From Terriglobia bacterium (GTDB lineage: Bacteria; Acidobacteriota; Terriglobia; 20CM-2-55-15): a stretch of DNA of 64,000 nt. Positions 29,893 to 40,454 of this stretch are shown piece after piece. The stretch is taken from NCBI GenBank assembly GCA_963664115.2, contig CAXWPJ010000009.1, positions 1,229,898 through 1,293,897 on the forward strand, in the 5' to 3' direction. Positions within the stretch are counted from its first letter, which is position 1; each line of letters starts with the position of its first letter. The notes under the pieces were generated by a model that made no database searches, was not told where the DNA came from, and worked only from the letters and a program-made list of their open reading frames with translations. The position numbers were made by a program, and so were the translations under genes.

Positions 29893-30007
29893 AGAAATTC
29901 CTCACTCTTCCTGAATCTTCATCTGTTCCTTCCGGGGCAGGTTCCCTTATCCTTAATCAGCGCACCTGTCGACTACTCATCCGACTGAACGAAGAGGGCA
30001 TACATTC

Positions 30008-31636
30008 ATGAGCGGCATCTTTAAGGTACCTGTTCCGATCAATGAGCCTGTGTTGGGTTACGGGAAGGGAAGTCCCGAGCGGAAGGCTGTGAAATCAAGG
30101 CTGGCCGAGATGGTATCGGAAGAAATCGAGATTCCGATTCTGATCGGCGGCAAGGAAGTGCGGACCGGCAATTTCGGGACGCAAGTCATTCCCCATGACC
30201 ACGGTCAGGTACTGGCCAAATGGCACATGGCTGGTCCCGCCGAGGTCGAAGATGCCATCCAGGCCGCGACACGAGCCCATAGCGATTGGGCTTCGGCCAG
30301 TGCGGCGGATCGAGCGGCGGTCTTCTTGCGCGCCGCGGACCTGCTGGCAGGGGCCTGGCGCCAGACGCTTAACGCGGCCACGATCCTTGCTCAAAGCAAG
30401 ACCGTTCACCAGGCTGAGATTGACGCTGCCTGTGAGTTGATCGATTTCTTCCGATTCAACGTCCACTACGCTGAGAACATCTATCAGGACCAACCGCTTT
30501 CACCGCCAGGGATGTGGAACCGACTGGAGTACAGGCCCCTGGAGGGATTTGTTTTTGCGGTGACCCCTTTTAACTTCACTTCCATCGCTGGAAATCTGCC
30601 GACATCACCGGCGATCATGGGCAACACTGTCGTCTGGAAGTGCGCGAGCACCGCCGTCTACAGTGGTTATTATCTGGCGCGACTGTTTGAAGCGGCGGGT
30701 CTGCCGCCCGGTGTGATTAATTTTGTCCCGGGAAGCGGTCCAACGGTAGGCGGGGGCGCTCTGGCCAACGCGAATCTTGCGGGCATCCACTTCACCGGTT
30801 CCACCGAGACTTTTCAGGGAATGTGGGAGTCCGTAGGTCAGAACATTCGAAACTACCGATCCTATCCTCGCATTGTAGGTGAGACAGGCGGTAAGGACTT
30901 CATCATCGCCCATCCCAGTGCCAATGCAGATGCCGTGAACACGGCGATCATTCGAGCCGGTTACGAGTATCAGGGTCAGAAGTGCAGTGCGGCGTCCCGG
31001 ATTTACGTTCCTGATTCTCTGTGGCGAAAAATGAAGGATTCTCTGATCGATCAAATTAACGATATCGCCATGGGCGACCCGGCGGATTTTTGTAACTTCA
31101 TGGGTGCCGTAATCGATCGGGCGTCATACGCAAAGCTGTGTGGCTATCTGGAGTTTGTCCGCGAATCGAGCGACGGAGAGATCCTGACCGGAGGTCAGGC
31201 GGACGATTCGGTCGGATATTTCATTCGCCCCACACTGGTTCAGGCGAAGCGACCGGATTACCGAACGATGTCGGAGGAGTTGTTCGGCCCGATCGTAACC
31301 CTCTACGTGTATCCCGATAAGGAGTGGCCGGAAGCCCTGAACCTGGTAAACACGACGTCGCCGTATGCGTTGACCGGCGCCGTCTTTGCCGAAGATCGCA
31401 GCGCCATTGACGACGCCCATCGCGAGCTACGCTACGCTGCCGGAAACTTCTACATCAACGACAAGCCAACTGCTGCCGTCGTGGGACAGCAACCCTTCGG
31501 CGGTTCCCGCGCCAGTGGCACAAACGACAAAGCCGGATCGATGCTCAACCTTCTGCGGTGGGTGTCGGCCCGTACCATCAAAGAAACCTTCGACCCCCCA
31601 ACCGACTACCGCTACCCGTTCATGACTGAAGACTAA
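30008..31636 (+). CDS. pruA: L-glutamate gamma-semialdehyde (P5C) dehydrogenase
   Basis: QAEIDAACELIDF, TPFNF, FTGST, GETGGKDF, YQGQKCSA, EELFGP, GQQPFGG. Confidence 0.93.
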   Translation: MSGIFKVPVPINEPVLGYGKGSPERKAVKSRLAEMVSEEIEIPILIGGKEVRTGNFGTQVIPHDHGQVLAKWHMAGPAEVEDAIQAATRAHSDWASASAADRAAVFLRAADLLAGAWRQTLNAATILAQSKTVHQAEIDAACELIDFFRFNVHYAENIYQDQPLSPPGMWNRLEYRPLEGFVFAVTPFNFTSIAGNLPTSPAIMGNTVVWKCASTAVYSGYYLARLFEAAGLPPGVINFVPGSGPTVGGGALANANLAGIHFTGSTETFQGMWESVGQNIRNYRSYPRIVGETGGKDFIIAHPSANADAVNTAIIRAGYEYQGQKCSAASRIYVPDSLWRKMKDSLIDQINDIAMGDPADFCNFMGAVIDRASYAKLCGYLEFVRESSDGEILTGGQADDSVGYFIRPTLVQAKRPDYRTMSEELFGPIVTLYVYPDKEWPEALNLVNTTSPYALTGAVFAEDRSAIDDAHRELRYAAGNFYINDKPTAAVVGQQPFGGSRASGTNDKAGSMLNLLRWVSARTIKETFDPPTDYRYPFMTED

Positions 31637-31649
31637 GAAGAAGGAATTA

Positions 31650-31801
31650 ACCGCAAAGACGCAAAGACGCAAAGGCATTAGGGTGTGCAGTGTTTCGGTT
31701 CGCCGGGACGCTATGGTTTCAAAACGGATCAGTTGCTAACTCAAAGACTTGAAGTAAGGTTAGACGTAAACAGTCGGGCTTTCCTTTTGCGTCTTTGCGG
31801 T
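31650..31801. repeat. REP/MITE-like unit bounded by 16-bp inverted repeats built from CGCAAAGA octamers
   Basis: ACCGCAAAGACGCAAA (31650-31665) / TTTGCGTCTTTGCGGT (31786-31801). Confidence 0.7.
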
Positions 31802-31807
31802 AAAAAC

Positions 31808-31838
31808 AAAAAGGGGCGATCTCAGGATCGCCCCTTTC
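31808..31838. terminator. Bidirectional intrinsic terminator between pruA and the TonB receptor
   Basis: AAAAAGGGGCGATC-tcag-GATCGCCCCTTT. Confidence 0.8.
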
Positions 31839-32316
31839 TCTTGCCCGGTTGTGTGAAGTTTGGTTAGAACTCGTAACGCAATCCGAACTGGATCTGCCGG
31901 CCCGAAGTTACGGTCGAGGAGATCACTCCGAAATTACCGCTGCCAAATTCCTGGTCGGGCAGTCCGAAGTTGGGGGTATTCGTGAGGTTGAAAATCTCAG
32001 TTCGGAATTGTAGCTCCCGGTCTTCGTTGATCGGGAATTTCTTAACGATCGAAAAATCCAAAACTCTCAGAGCCGGTCCCCGGGCCGTGTTGCGTCCGAG
32101 GTTGCCGAACGCTCCTGCAGGTGCGGTAAATGCGGCTGCATTGATCCAGTTATCCGGACCTTGGTTGCTTGCTACCGGATCAACACCTGCGACGACGTCC
32201 GGACGGACGGTTCTGTTGGGAAGATGTATGGTGAAGGGACGCCCGGCCTGCAGTGTCAGAATGCTGTTCATGTTCCATCCGTTCAGCAGATGTCCCGCCA
32301 TGCCTTCATAACTAGT

Positions 32317-34163
32317 CCCAAAACAAGCGCATAACCAGTCCGCCGAGGCCCAGTTCGCGCCGATAGAATTCGAGGCATAGAATCCCGTTCCCGGATGGCC
32401 TGTTCCAGGTATCGAGTTTCTGTTGAATCTGTTTCAGTTCAGCCTCGCTGGTGTTGGACGGTTGACAGAAACCGGGACCTCGATCGCCCGGGCTCAGAGT
32501 CATGATCGGGTCAACATCGCAGAGGCTGACGCAACACATCCACCCCGCGGAACAAGACCGGCAACCACCGGTTCCAGGCCAGGATCCGGAACAGAATGCG
32601 CCGCCCGGTGCGCACGAGTTGGCACGGCACAAGCATGAAAGCGTTCAAGAAGGTTTTGAACTCCATGCGCAGCACGGTTTGCTTCTCAGCCTGATATTTT
32701 TGGCCCCAACGTCCGGTTTCGGGAAGCAGCAATGCAAACCACGCTTTCAGTGTCCAGGCCAGTGACGCGATCACCATGTAGGCCCAGTTGCTGGTCTGAT
32801 CTCCGACCGGCATCCGCAACGCCTGAACGCCGTTCTTCAACTGCTCAATGAGATTCTCCTGATTGCACCGTTGATTGGCACGCATCACAATCTGGTCGGC
32901 CGGATCCGAACGGTTGGTAATGTAGAAGAAGTACCGGATGTCGTCAAACAACACCTGCTCTCCTTTGGCCACCGACAGATTCTTCCGCACCACGACGACA
33001 CGGTAGTCCCGATCGCAGGCTCCGGGTCGATACCGAAACTCGGCCACATCCTCACCCTGCAAGCGGATATTGTCGAAACCGCGCTGCCGAACGATCTCTT
33101 CCTTCACGTTGTCGGGACGTTGGCGCGGTTCGGTCGCCACGTCGTATTTCGCGGGCCGTTCCAGGCGCTTCCACTGGCGCGGCTCCAGTTCATCGGCCCG
33201 GGCCTTCAGGTTCGCCATCGCGTCAATCCCGAATATGAAACCCACCTGCTGGTCGTCCCATCCGTCCAGATGCCGGGTCTGGCTGAAGTCCGTGTCCCCG
33301 CGCAGCAGGATCTGGCGAAACCCCGCATGCCGGCACAATGCGATGGCTTGGTCGAACCGGACCGCGGCTCCTTCATGCGACGGCCGGTTGCCGCTACGAT
33401 TGACCAGATACAGCGGTTCGGCGGTGTTGGCCAGCGAGATCATCAGCGGGTGATATCCCCACGTCCCGTCGTAGGCCACGTCCATCCCTTGCTTGCATTC
33501 CCCCGTGGTTTCGGCCAGTGTCCCGTCCGCGTCCAACACCGCTTCTTCGAAAAACGCCGCCGGTTGCTGTCGCCAGACTCCGAGCCGGACTTGATTGGTT
33601 GCCTCCATCAGACACTCCACGTCGTCGGCCTCGAATCTCCGGCAGAAGTCTCCCGCCGTCGTCGGATCCGGAATCCGTTGCGCTCCCAGCGCATCCAGAT
33701 ACACCGCATCGTTGCGCCGCAGTTCGATGTCTTCCAGGCACGTTCCTCCGCTCAAGGCGTTGTAGGCGATGTTCAGCACGTGATCCGACTCGTGATACGG
33801 CAGGTGCCGCTTCAACACATGCACGCCCTTGTCGATGGCTTCGATCAGCCCGGTCCGCCGCGCCACCAGTTGCATCGTCCCGATACCACCAACCGATGTG
33901 CCCCGCGTCCGCTCTCCCATCTCGTACTGAATGTTGCTCGCCGAAAACATCGGCTCTACCTGATCCGTCCAATGCCGGTCCCCAAGCCGACGTTCGATTC
34001 GCCGCTTGCGGTTCCTCATGTTCTTGCGCGTATAATCGTTCATCTGAAATGCCTCCTTTTCCGAAGAATCTGTTCAAGGTTTTTTTCGCACGGAGAGGGG
34101 GCATTTCGGGTACTTCCGCTCTTATTGCACTATCATTTCCTCGTCAATCACGCTTGTTCAGGG
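32317..34163 (-). mobile_element. IS1380-family element copy 2
   Basis: Same IRs; TSD ACTAGT (32311-32316, 34164-34169). Confidence 0.95.
32511..34043 (-). CDS. IS1380-family transposase
   Basis: Same 510-aa protein as copy 1. Confidence 0.92.
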   Translation of the reverse strand: MNDYTRKNMRNRKRRIERRLGDRHWTDQVEPMFSASNIQYEMGERTRGTSVGGIGTMQLVARRTGLIEAIDKGVHVLKRHLPYHESDHVLNIAYNALSGGTCLEDIELRRNDAVYLDALGAQRIPDPTTAGDFCRRFEADDVECLMEATNQVRLGVWRQQPAAFFEEAVLDADGTLAETTGECKQGMDVAYDGTWGYHPLMISLANTAEPLYLVNRSGNRPSHEGAAVRFDQAIALCRHAGFRQILLRGDTDFSQTRHLDGWDDQQVGFIFGIDAMANLKARADELEPRQWKRLERPAKYDVATEPRQRPDNVKEEIVRQRGFDNIRLQGEDVAEFRYRPGACDRDYRVVVVRKNLSVAKGEQVLFDDIRYFFYITNRSDPADQIVMRANQRCNQENLIEQLKNGVQALRMPVGDQTSNWAYMVIASLAWTLKAWFALLLPETGRWGQKYQAEKQTVLRMEFKTFLNAFMLVPCQLVRTGRRILFRILAWNRWLPVLFRGVDVLRQPLRC

Positions 34164-36983
34164 ACTAGTATCGGGCAACTGGTAGACGAAACTCAGCGTG
34201 TAGCGGTGACGCACGTCGAAATCAGCGTCAGCCCTGTCGGCCCGTGCATTGGTATCGTCCTGGAATGGGTGGGCAGGATCCGCTTGCGACGCAAAACCTT
34301 CACCCGGCCTATCGTCGATCGCGTGACCCCAGGTGTAGGACGAGATCAGCGCCAGGCGGTTTGAAAATCGCCGTTCAGCCCGAACTTGCAGAGAGTGAAA
34401 AATTGAACTGCCCGCCTGTTCGAGCATCAATATCGGTCCGAATCCCGCAAAATCGCCGGCCGAATTGACATTGCGGAGCCGTTGCGCCTTGAGGACGTGG
34501 TTGCCGACATAAGCGACATCCAGGACAGTCTCCGGAAGAATCTCCTGTTGAATTCCAAAATTCCAGTGCTCGGCGTAGGTGTCACGATAATCTACGGGTA
34601 TTCCAAACGGTAAAACGTTAGGGAACGCAACTCCGAATGGGTCGTCAATGGTACCGATTCCGATTCGAATGTCGCCGTAGGGGGAATTCGTCATTTGGAA
34701 GAAGTTGTGGCGCTGTTGGTTGTCGTAGAAAATGCCCCCACCTGCGCGTATGACCGTCGTTTCACTGCCGAGGGGGCGGTATGCGAATCCAAAACGCGGA
34801 GCGAAGTTATTCCAATCGTCCTTAACCAGTTGCTCGCTCGTACCATCCTCTCCCGCAATGACGAAGCAGTTGCAGCCCGGCTCCCAGTTCGACTGTTCGT
34901 TGCCCTCTTCGATGATGCGCCCATACCATTCCCAACGGAGACCGTAATTAAGGGTGAGGTTCGGCGTAAGCTTCCAGTCGTCCTGAACATACCAGGCGAA
35001 TTCCGTCTTGTGGCTGTTGCCAGTCAGATCGCCACCAAAGGAAATCGATATGCTGCCTGTTCCGAGGAACATGTCCGCCAGTCCGTTAAGGGTCTGCGGC
35101 TGGCCAAACGCGGAGAAACCGTTAAACCGGAACTGGTTCGTGCCCGCTGACAGGCCACCGAAATAGTACCGACGGATATCGGCTCCGAATTTTAACTGGT
35201 GGTTGCCTTTAAACCAGGAGAACTGGTTGACAAGGTTGAAGGTGTCTGCAACGCGCAGGAATCGGCGATTGCTGCCGATTCTGTCCACCTCAGCGGGGCG
35301 AAAATCGAGGAAGGTCTCGTTGACTCCCGCAATCCCCGACTGGTTCGCTGGCATGGCCCGAAGCGGCGTCTGAGGCTGTTTGAACCTGTTATAGCCAAAA
35401 CGTAATTCGTGGACCATATTGCCGCCAATTGCCGTCGTGAGACTCAGCCCGGAATTGGTTCGTATCCGGTCATTTACCTGTGAGAAACCGCTCAGATTGG
35501 TTTCGCCGGGTGTATCGGTCCAGAACGGGTCCAGAACACGAGCGTTACTGAAACTGTAACGGCCCATCAAATCCGTGCCTTCGAACAAGCGGTGATCTAC
35601 CCGAATCGAGACGTCGTCCGCATCTTCTATGTGATTCGCCGTTTCGATTCGATTGCCTCGGATAACGCCAGGCACGTTCGGGAGGGGATAGGCCAGAATT
35701 ACGTCTCGAGTGATAGCGTTCATTCGATCCGCAGGGATAATGGCCCCTGGGAACGGGTCGCCCGTAGCCGGGTCGATAATAGGGTTGGCAACTTCGCTGA
35801 AATTTCCCTCTCTCATCAGAAGCGTGGGTACGGTTGCGCGTCGTACATCGCCCCGTTTTTCTCTCAAACCTTCATAAAAGGCGAAGAAAAAGGTCCGGTC
35901 TTCTACGATCGGACCGCCGACGGCTGCACCGAACTGGTTCCGGATCAGTGAGGACTCTGCGTCCGCGCTTGAAAAGAAGTTTCGAGCGTCCACGTTATCA
36001 TTTCGGAGGAACTCCCAGAACGATCCGTGAAAGGCATTCGATCCTGATCGGGTCGTTGCGTTGATGACCGCTCCGGCGTTGCGGCCAAACTCTGCCGCAT
36101 AGGAACTCTGTTCCACTTTGAATTCCTGAATCAAATCCACGGACGGCTGAAAGGAGAAATTCCTCAGGACAGGATCCACGTTGTCGAACCCGTCCAGGAA
36201 AAACGAGTTGAAGTTCTCATCCATACCGACCACGTTGAAACCACCGCGATTGTCCAACTCCGATCCCTGGGCGTTCGTCACAGCGCCTGGAACGAGTTGG
36301 ATCAATGCGTCGAATTTGCGCCCATTGATCGGAAGTTCGATGATTTTTTGAGAGTCGATGACGCTGCCGATCGACGATTCGTCGGTCTGGAGCAGGGGTG
36401 TGTCCGCAACGACCTCGATGACTTGATTGATTGCGCCCACCTGCAGGGTAATGTCGAAACGCGCGCTTTGATCAATCTGCAGGGTGATCCCCGTGCGACG
36501 TTCCGTATTGAATCCTGCGACCGACGCCTCGAGTTCGTAGGAGCCTACGGGAAGGCCGGGCGCAGAGTAGTTTCCGGAAGCGTTCGTCGTAACCGTCCGA
36601 CTCTGGTTTGTTCCTGTATTAACTATAGTTATTGCGACACCCGTGACGACCGCGCCGTCGGTATCGGTCACCGTTCCCTGTATTGTACCCGTCAGGGTTT
36701 GTCCCCACCCCGAAGATGCAAATAAGACCAGCATCAAAAACAGGCCACTTCGTTCCATCAAACAATCTCTGTAATAGCGCATTTGAAATCCTTTCCGATA
36801 CGCCGCGCCGGCGAAATGCCGAGCGTTCCCACCTAACCCCCGATGCTAACCTGGGGCCATCTCTTGTCAACGAGATATTATACGATTCTTTCCATATTTT
36901 CAGATAGTTAAGTCCTCTCGGACGGACGCATCAGGAGTTCTCGGCATACTTCGGGAGGGTCATCGGTGGCAGAAGATCGTGGC

Positions 36984-37472
36984 TTAGCGGAGCACGGCAA
37001 GTGTTCGGGCCAGGAGGTCATGCAGCGCCTGCTTCCGTTCAGTGAACGCAGCCATGATGAATCCAATGCCGAACAGAAGGCTGGACACGTACTTGGCGAA
37101 GTGCCGGCCCGTCGCTCTTCCGAAAGTCAGGCGTTCCCCGGCTGTGTCGGTGACGATAATGCCCAGCGCAATTTTCCCAAGCGTCGCTTGCTTCTCGCTA
37201 CTGAGCATCAGTGCCTCGTAAATCCAGGGTATGGCCAGTCCGAAGACGACGCCGACACTCGAGACCATCGCCAGCACTCCCAGAACTACGACGAGAAAAA
37301 ACCAGTCGATGACGAAGGCGCCGGCCCTCACCCAGAAACCTGCGGATGTTGGCGTACCGGTCCGGGTTTGTAGGGATGAGCCCGTCTCTCCTATTGGAAT
37401 TGGGATTCCGCAGGACTGGCAGTATCGGGCGTGATCGGAATTTGTCTGGCCGCAGGAGGCGCAAACGATCAT
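36984..37472 (-). CDS. RDD family protein with N-terminal zinc ribbon
   Basis: CASC...YCQSCG; AGFWVRAGAFVID; QATLGK; QALHD. Confidence 0.88.
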   Translation of the reverse strand: MIVCASCGQTNSDHARYCQSCGIPIPIGETGSSLQTRTGTPTSAGFWVRAGAFVIDWFFLVVVLGVLAMVSSVGVVFGLAIPWIYEALMLSSEKQATLGKIALGIIVTDTAGERLTFGRATGRHFAKYVSSLLFGIGFIMAAFTERKQALHDLLARTLAVLR

Positions 37473-37610
37473 TACTTGGGTTCTCCTTGAACGCTGATTC
37501 TATCCTATAGAAGGCAATGGCAAGGGGGTGTGGAAGTCTCGTGTGCTTCTGTGCCCTCATAATGCGCAACGAGAAAAACAAACGACACCACCGCTTATAC
37601 TTCTCCCGAG

Positions 37611-38825
37611 ATGGGAATTCTTTGGAACCTGCTGGTTGCTGTTTCCTGGGCACTCGCTGCATGGTCGCTCCTGACTTTTCTGCGCGTACCTTCGTATCTG
37701 TTTTGGAAACCCGCAATAGCTGCCACGGAGTGGGGTCACTGGTTGCTATGGCTTGCTCTGGGCACCGTGGTCGCGGGTCTTGCGATGGGCCGGACTCTTT
37801 GGACTGTCGTGCCGGCGGCGCTCGCCGTGATTTGTTTTGCCTCGCCCAGTTTGCGGGCGATGTTTGTTGCCGGGGACATCCAAAAGGATCTTGACGGAGT
37901 GTTTCCTCGTCGAGAGTTTCGCTCCGCAGGGAAGTTGTCACGCCGGTATCCGTTCGTCGTTTCCGACCTGCCACACATTCGGATTCCCGCCGTGGAGAAA
38001 AGCCATGTCGTTTATAGAGAAATCGACGAAACGCGACTGACGCTGGATTTGTATTGCGCAAAAGACATCAGTGGAAGACCGCCTGTGGTCATCGTTGTCC
38101 ACGGTGGGTCATGGCGTAGCGGTGACAATTCGCAACTGGAGGGAATGAATCGTTATTTGGCGGCGGCCGGTTACGCTGTCGCGGCTATAAACTACCGGCT
38201 TGCACCCGCATTCCGCTTTCCCGCAGCGCTGGAGGACATCCGGGGATCGATATCTTTCCTTGAGGAGCACGGGGACGATTTCGGAATCGATTCTTCACGT
38301 GTGGTCTTGTTGGGCCGTTCTGCCGGTGGCCATCTGGCCTTGCTTGCCGCCTATACCTTGGACCATGAAGCCATTCGTGGGGTTGTCGGGCTGTACCCGC
38401 CAACCGATATGAAGTGGAGTTGGCAACGCCCTTCACCCAAGCGGATCATGGATAGCAATGCAGCTATAGCCGAATTGATCGGGGGGAGCCTCGAGAAAGC
38501 GGCGGGCGCCTTCGACCAGGCATCTCCGATACGCTTCGTGCGGCCGGATTCGCCGCCCACTCTTCTGATCCACGGCGGGAAGGACATGCTGGTGTCTCCG
38601 TTGCAGAGCCGTCGGCTGGCACGGGAGTTGGCGCGTGCCGCTGTACCTCACTTCCATTTGGAGTTGGGGTGGGGTAATCATGGAATGGATGCCAATCTTG
38701 CCGGCCCTTCCGGTCAGATGACTCTCTACGCGGTCGAGCGTTTCCTGGAATTCGCGATGAGAACTAATAGTAATCGGCGACACTCGTTGGAGCCGCAAAT
38801 TTCGAGCGAAAGTTTCAACTCTTAA
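37611..38825 (+). CDS. Membrane-anchored alpha/beta hydrolase (esterase/lipase)
   Basis: N-terminal TM helices; HGGSW, NYRLAP, GRSAGGH, HGGKD, NHG. Confidence 0.88.
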   Translation: MGILWNLLVAVSWALAAWSLLTFLRVPSYLFWKPAIAATEWGHWLLWLALGTVVAGLAMGRTLWTVVPAALAVICFASPSLRAMFVAGDIQKDLDGVFPRREFRSAGKLSRRYPFVVSDLPHIRIPAVEKSHVVYREIDETRLTLDLYCAKDISGRPPVVIVVHGGSWRSGDNSQLEGMNRYLAAAGYAVAAINYRLAPAFRFPAALEDIRGSISFLEEHGDDFGIDSSRVVLLGRSAGGHLALLAAYTLDHEAIRGVVGLYPPTDMKWSWQRPSPKRIMDSNAAIAELIGGSLEKAAGAFDQASPIRFVRPDSPPTLLIHGGKDMLVSPLQSRRLARELARAAVPHFHLELGWGNHGMDANLAGPSGQMTLYAVERFLEFAMRTNSNRRHSLEPQISSESFNS

Positions 38826-38832
38826 CTGAAAC

Positions 38833-40131
38833 CTAGCACGATGACACACGATTCCGCCCGCCTTCTTTGGCCAGATACAGCGCCGCGTCGGCGCGGGAAA
38901 GCAGGCTGTCGGGCCCATCTTCGGGCTTGAACTGTGTGACCCCGAAACTCGCCGTGACGTTGGCGCCGGTGGGTACGCGTAATGACTCCGTTCGTGCCCG
39001 GACGCGTTCAGATATCTCCAGGGCTGATTCCAGGTCCGTATTGGGCAGGAGCAACACGAATTCTTCACCGCCGTACCGGGCGGGAGTGTCTTCCTTCCGG
39101 CACGAGGCGCCTAATAATCCTCCGAAAGCCGAAAGCACCTGGTCTCCGGCGGCATGGCCGAAGTTGTCGTTGATATCCTTGAAGTGATCCAGATCACACA
39201 GAACGAGGCTCAGCGGCTGTTTGGTCCTCTTCGAAAACGAAATCGATTTTTCGAGCGTGTTCTTCAGAGACCGTCTGTTCGGGAGCTTCGTGAGTGAATC
39301 CTGATTCATGAGTGAGCGGATTGTCGCGTTTGCTTTCTCCAGGTCTTTGTTCCGCTGCTTTAGTTGATCGGCCAGTTTCTTTCGAATCCGAATGTCGCGT
39401 GCGATACCCTGAACACCCACCGGCTTTCCGTTCGCATACATGAGACGTGTGTTCAACTCCATCGGTATCCGGCGTCCATCCTTGGTGAGTAGTTCGATTT
39501 CATAGACGGTCGATTCCCGGCCTGACAGTTTGAGAGCCGTCATCTGTTTGAGCAAGGTCCGATATTCGGGCGCTACGAAGTGGGAGAAAGGAACGCCCAG
39601 GATCTCGGCAGACGAATATCCGCTAATGCGCTCGGCAGCCTTGTTCATGCTGATGAATTTGCCTTCCAGATCGCCCGTACAGATCACGTCATCCGCGTTT
39701 TCCACCAGATCAGAATATTTCTGTTCCATCATGTCCAGCGTGCTCTCAAGTTCTCTCCTGGCCGTTACGTCATAAGCGACCGTGTAAATTTCGCCTCGTT
39801 CTTCGGATGCATGAATGGACCACTCTAACCAGACATAGCTGCCGTCTTTTCGACTATGACGGAGTTCAACGGTTCCCGGATCTTTGCCGTCACGGCTGGG
39901 GACTGCCTTAGACCTGTCGTCGGGATGGATGAGAGCCGTGTAGGGGATCGTGGATACGTCTTCAATGGCGTATCCCAGTTTGTCGGCCCATGCCAGGTTG
40001 ATCCATCGATAGCGACCTTCGCCATCGGTCACACCCATCAGAGCCGGAGACAATTCAGAAAGAATCCGCAACTCTTCGCTGAGGTCGTCTGCTCCGGTTT
40101 TCTGCTTCATAAGCTGTGAGGCCGTGCCCAC
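38833..40131 (-). CDS. PAS-PAS-GGDEF diguanylate cyclase
   Basis: Two PAS domains; DSLTKLPNRR, DLDHFKDIND, RKED I-site, RYGGEEF. Confidence 0.92.
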   Translation of the reverse strand: MGTASQLMKQKTGADDLSEELRILSELSPALMGVTDGEGRYRWINLAWADKLGYAIEDVSTIPYTALIHPDDRSKAVPSRDGKDPGTVELRHSRKDGSYVWLEWSIHASEERGEIYTVAYDVTARRELESTLDMMEQKYSDLVENADDVICTGDLEGKFISMNKAAERISGYSSAEILGVPFSHFVAPEYRTLLKQMTALKLSGRESTVYEIELLTKDGRRIPMELNTRLMYANGKPVGVQGIARDIRIRKKLADQLKQRNKDLEKANATIRSLMNQDSLTKLPNRRSLKNTLEKSISFSKRTKQPLSLVLCDLDHFKDINDNFGHAAGDQVLSAFGGLLGASCRKEDTPARYGGEEFVLLLPNTDLESALEISERVRARTESLRVPTGANVTASFGVTQFKPEDGPDSLLSRADAALYLAKEGGRNRVSSC

Positions 40132-40454
40132 ACCGAAACTGAGTGGATCGAATATTCACGAATCCATCGGCTACGCGGGACGACATCCCGAGAATTATCC
40201 GCTATTTTCGTAAGGGATGCTACATGCGCGCAACGGGTGCATTCCTAGGCTGCGCTCTTAAATCATTTCGAAGAAGGGCTATAGAACTTGGGGAGCGTCG
40301 GGCATCGTCGGTGATGGCTTTCCCAACGACCCCACTACGCGACTCATGGCATCTGAGTTCGGACTCTGGAATATTTCCGCCGCCGGGAATCAATAGTCCC
40401 ATTCCAGTCCCAGAAAGTCCATGAACGGGGCCCTCGACACTTCTGCCACGGCTG

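Larger units (their letters stand above)
31864..36782 (-). pseudogene. Oar-like TonB-dependent receptor interrupted by IS1380 copy 2
   Basis: Carboxypeptidase-regulatory-like N-domain, YVQDDWK, DWNNFAPRFG; ...QLPDTS | YEGMAG...RQIQFGLRYEF joins in frame across the IS. Confidence 0.92.
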
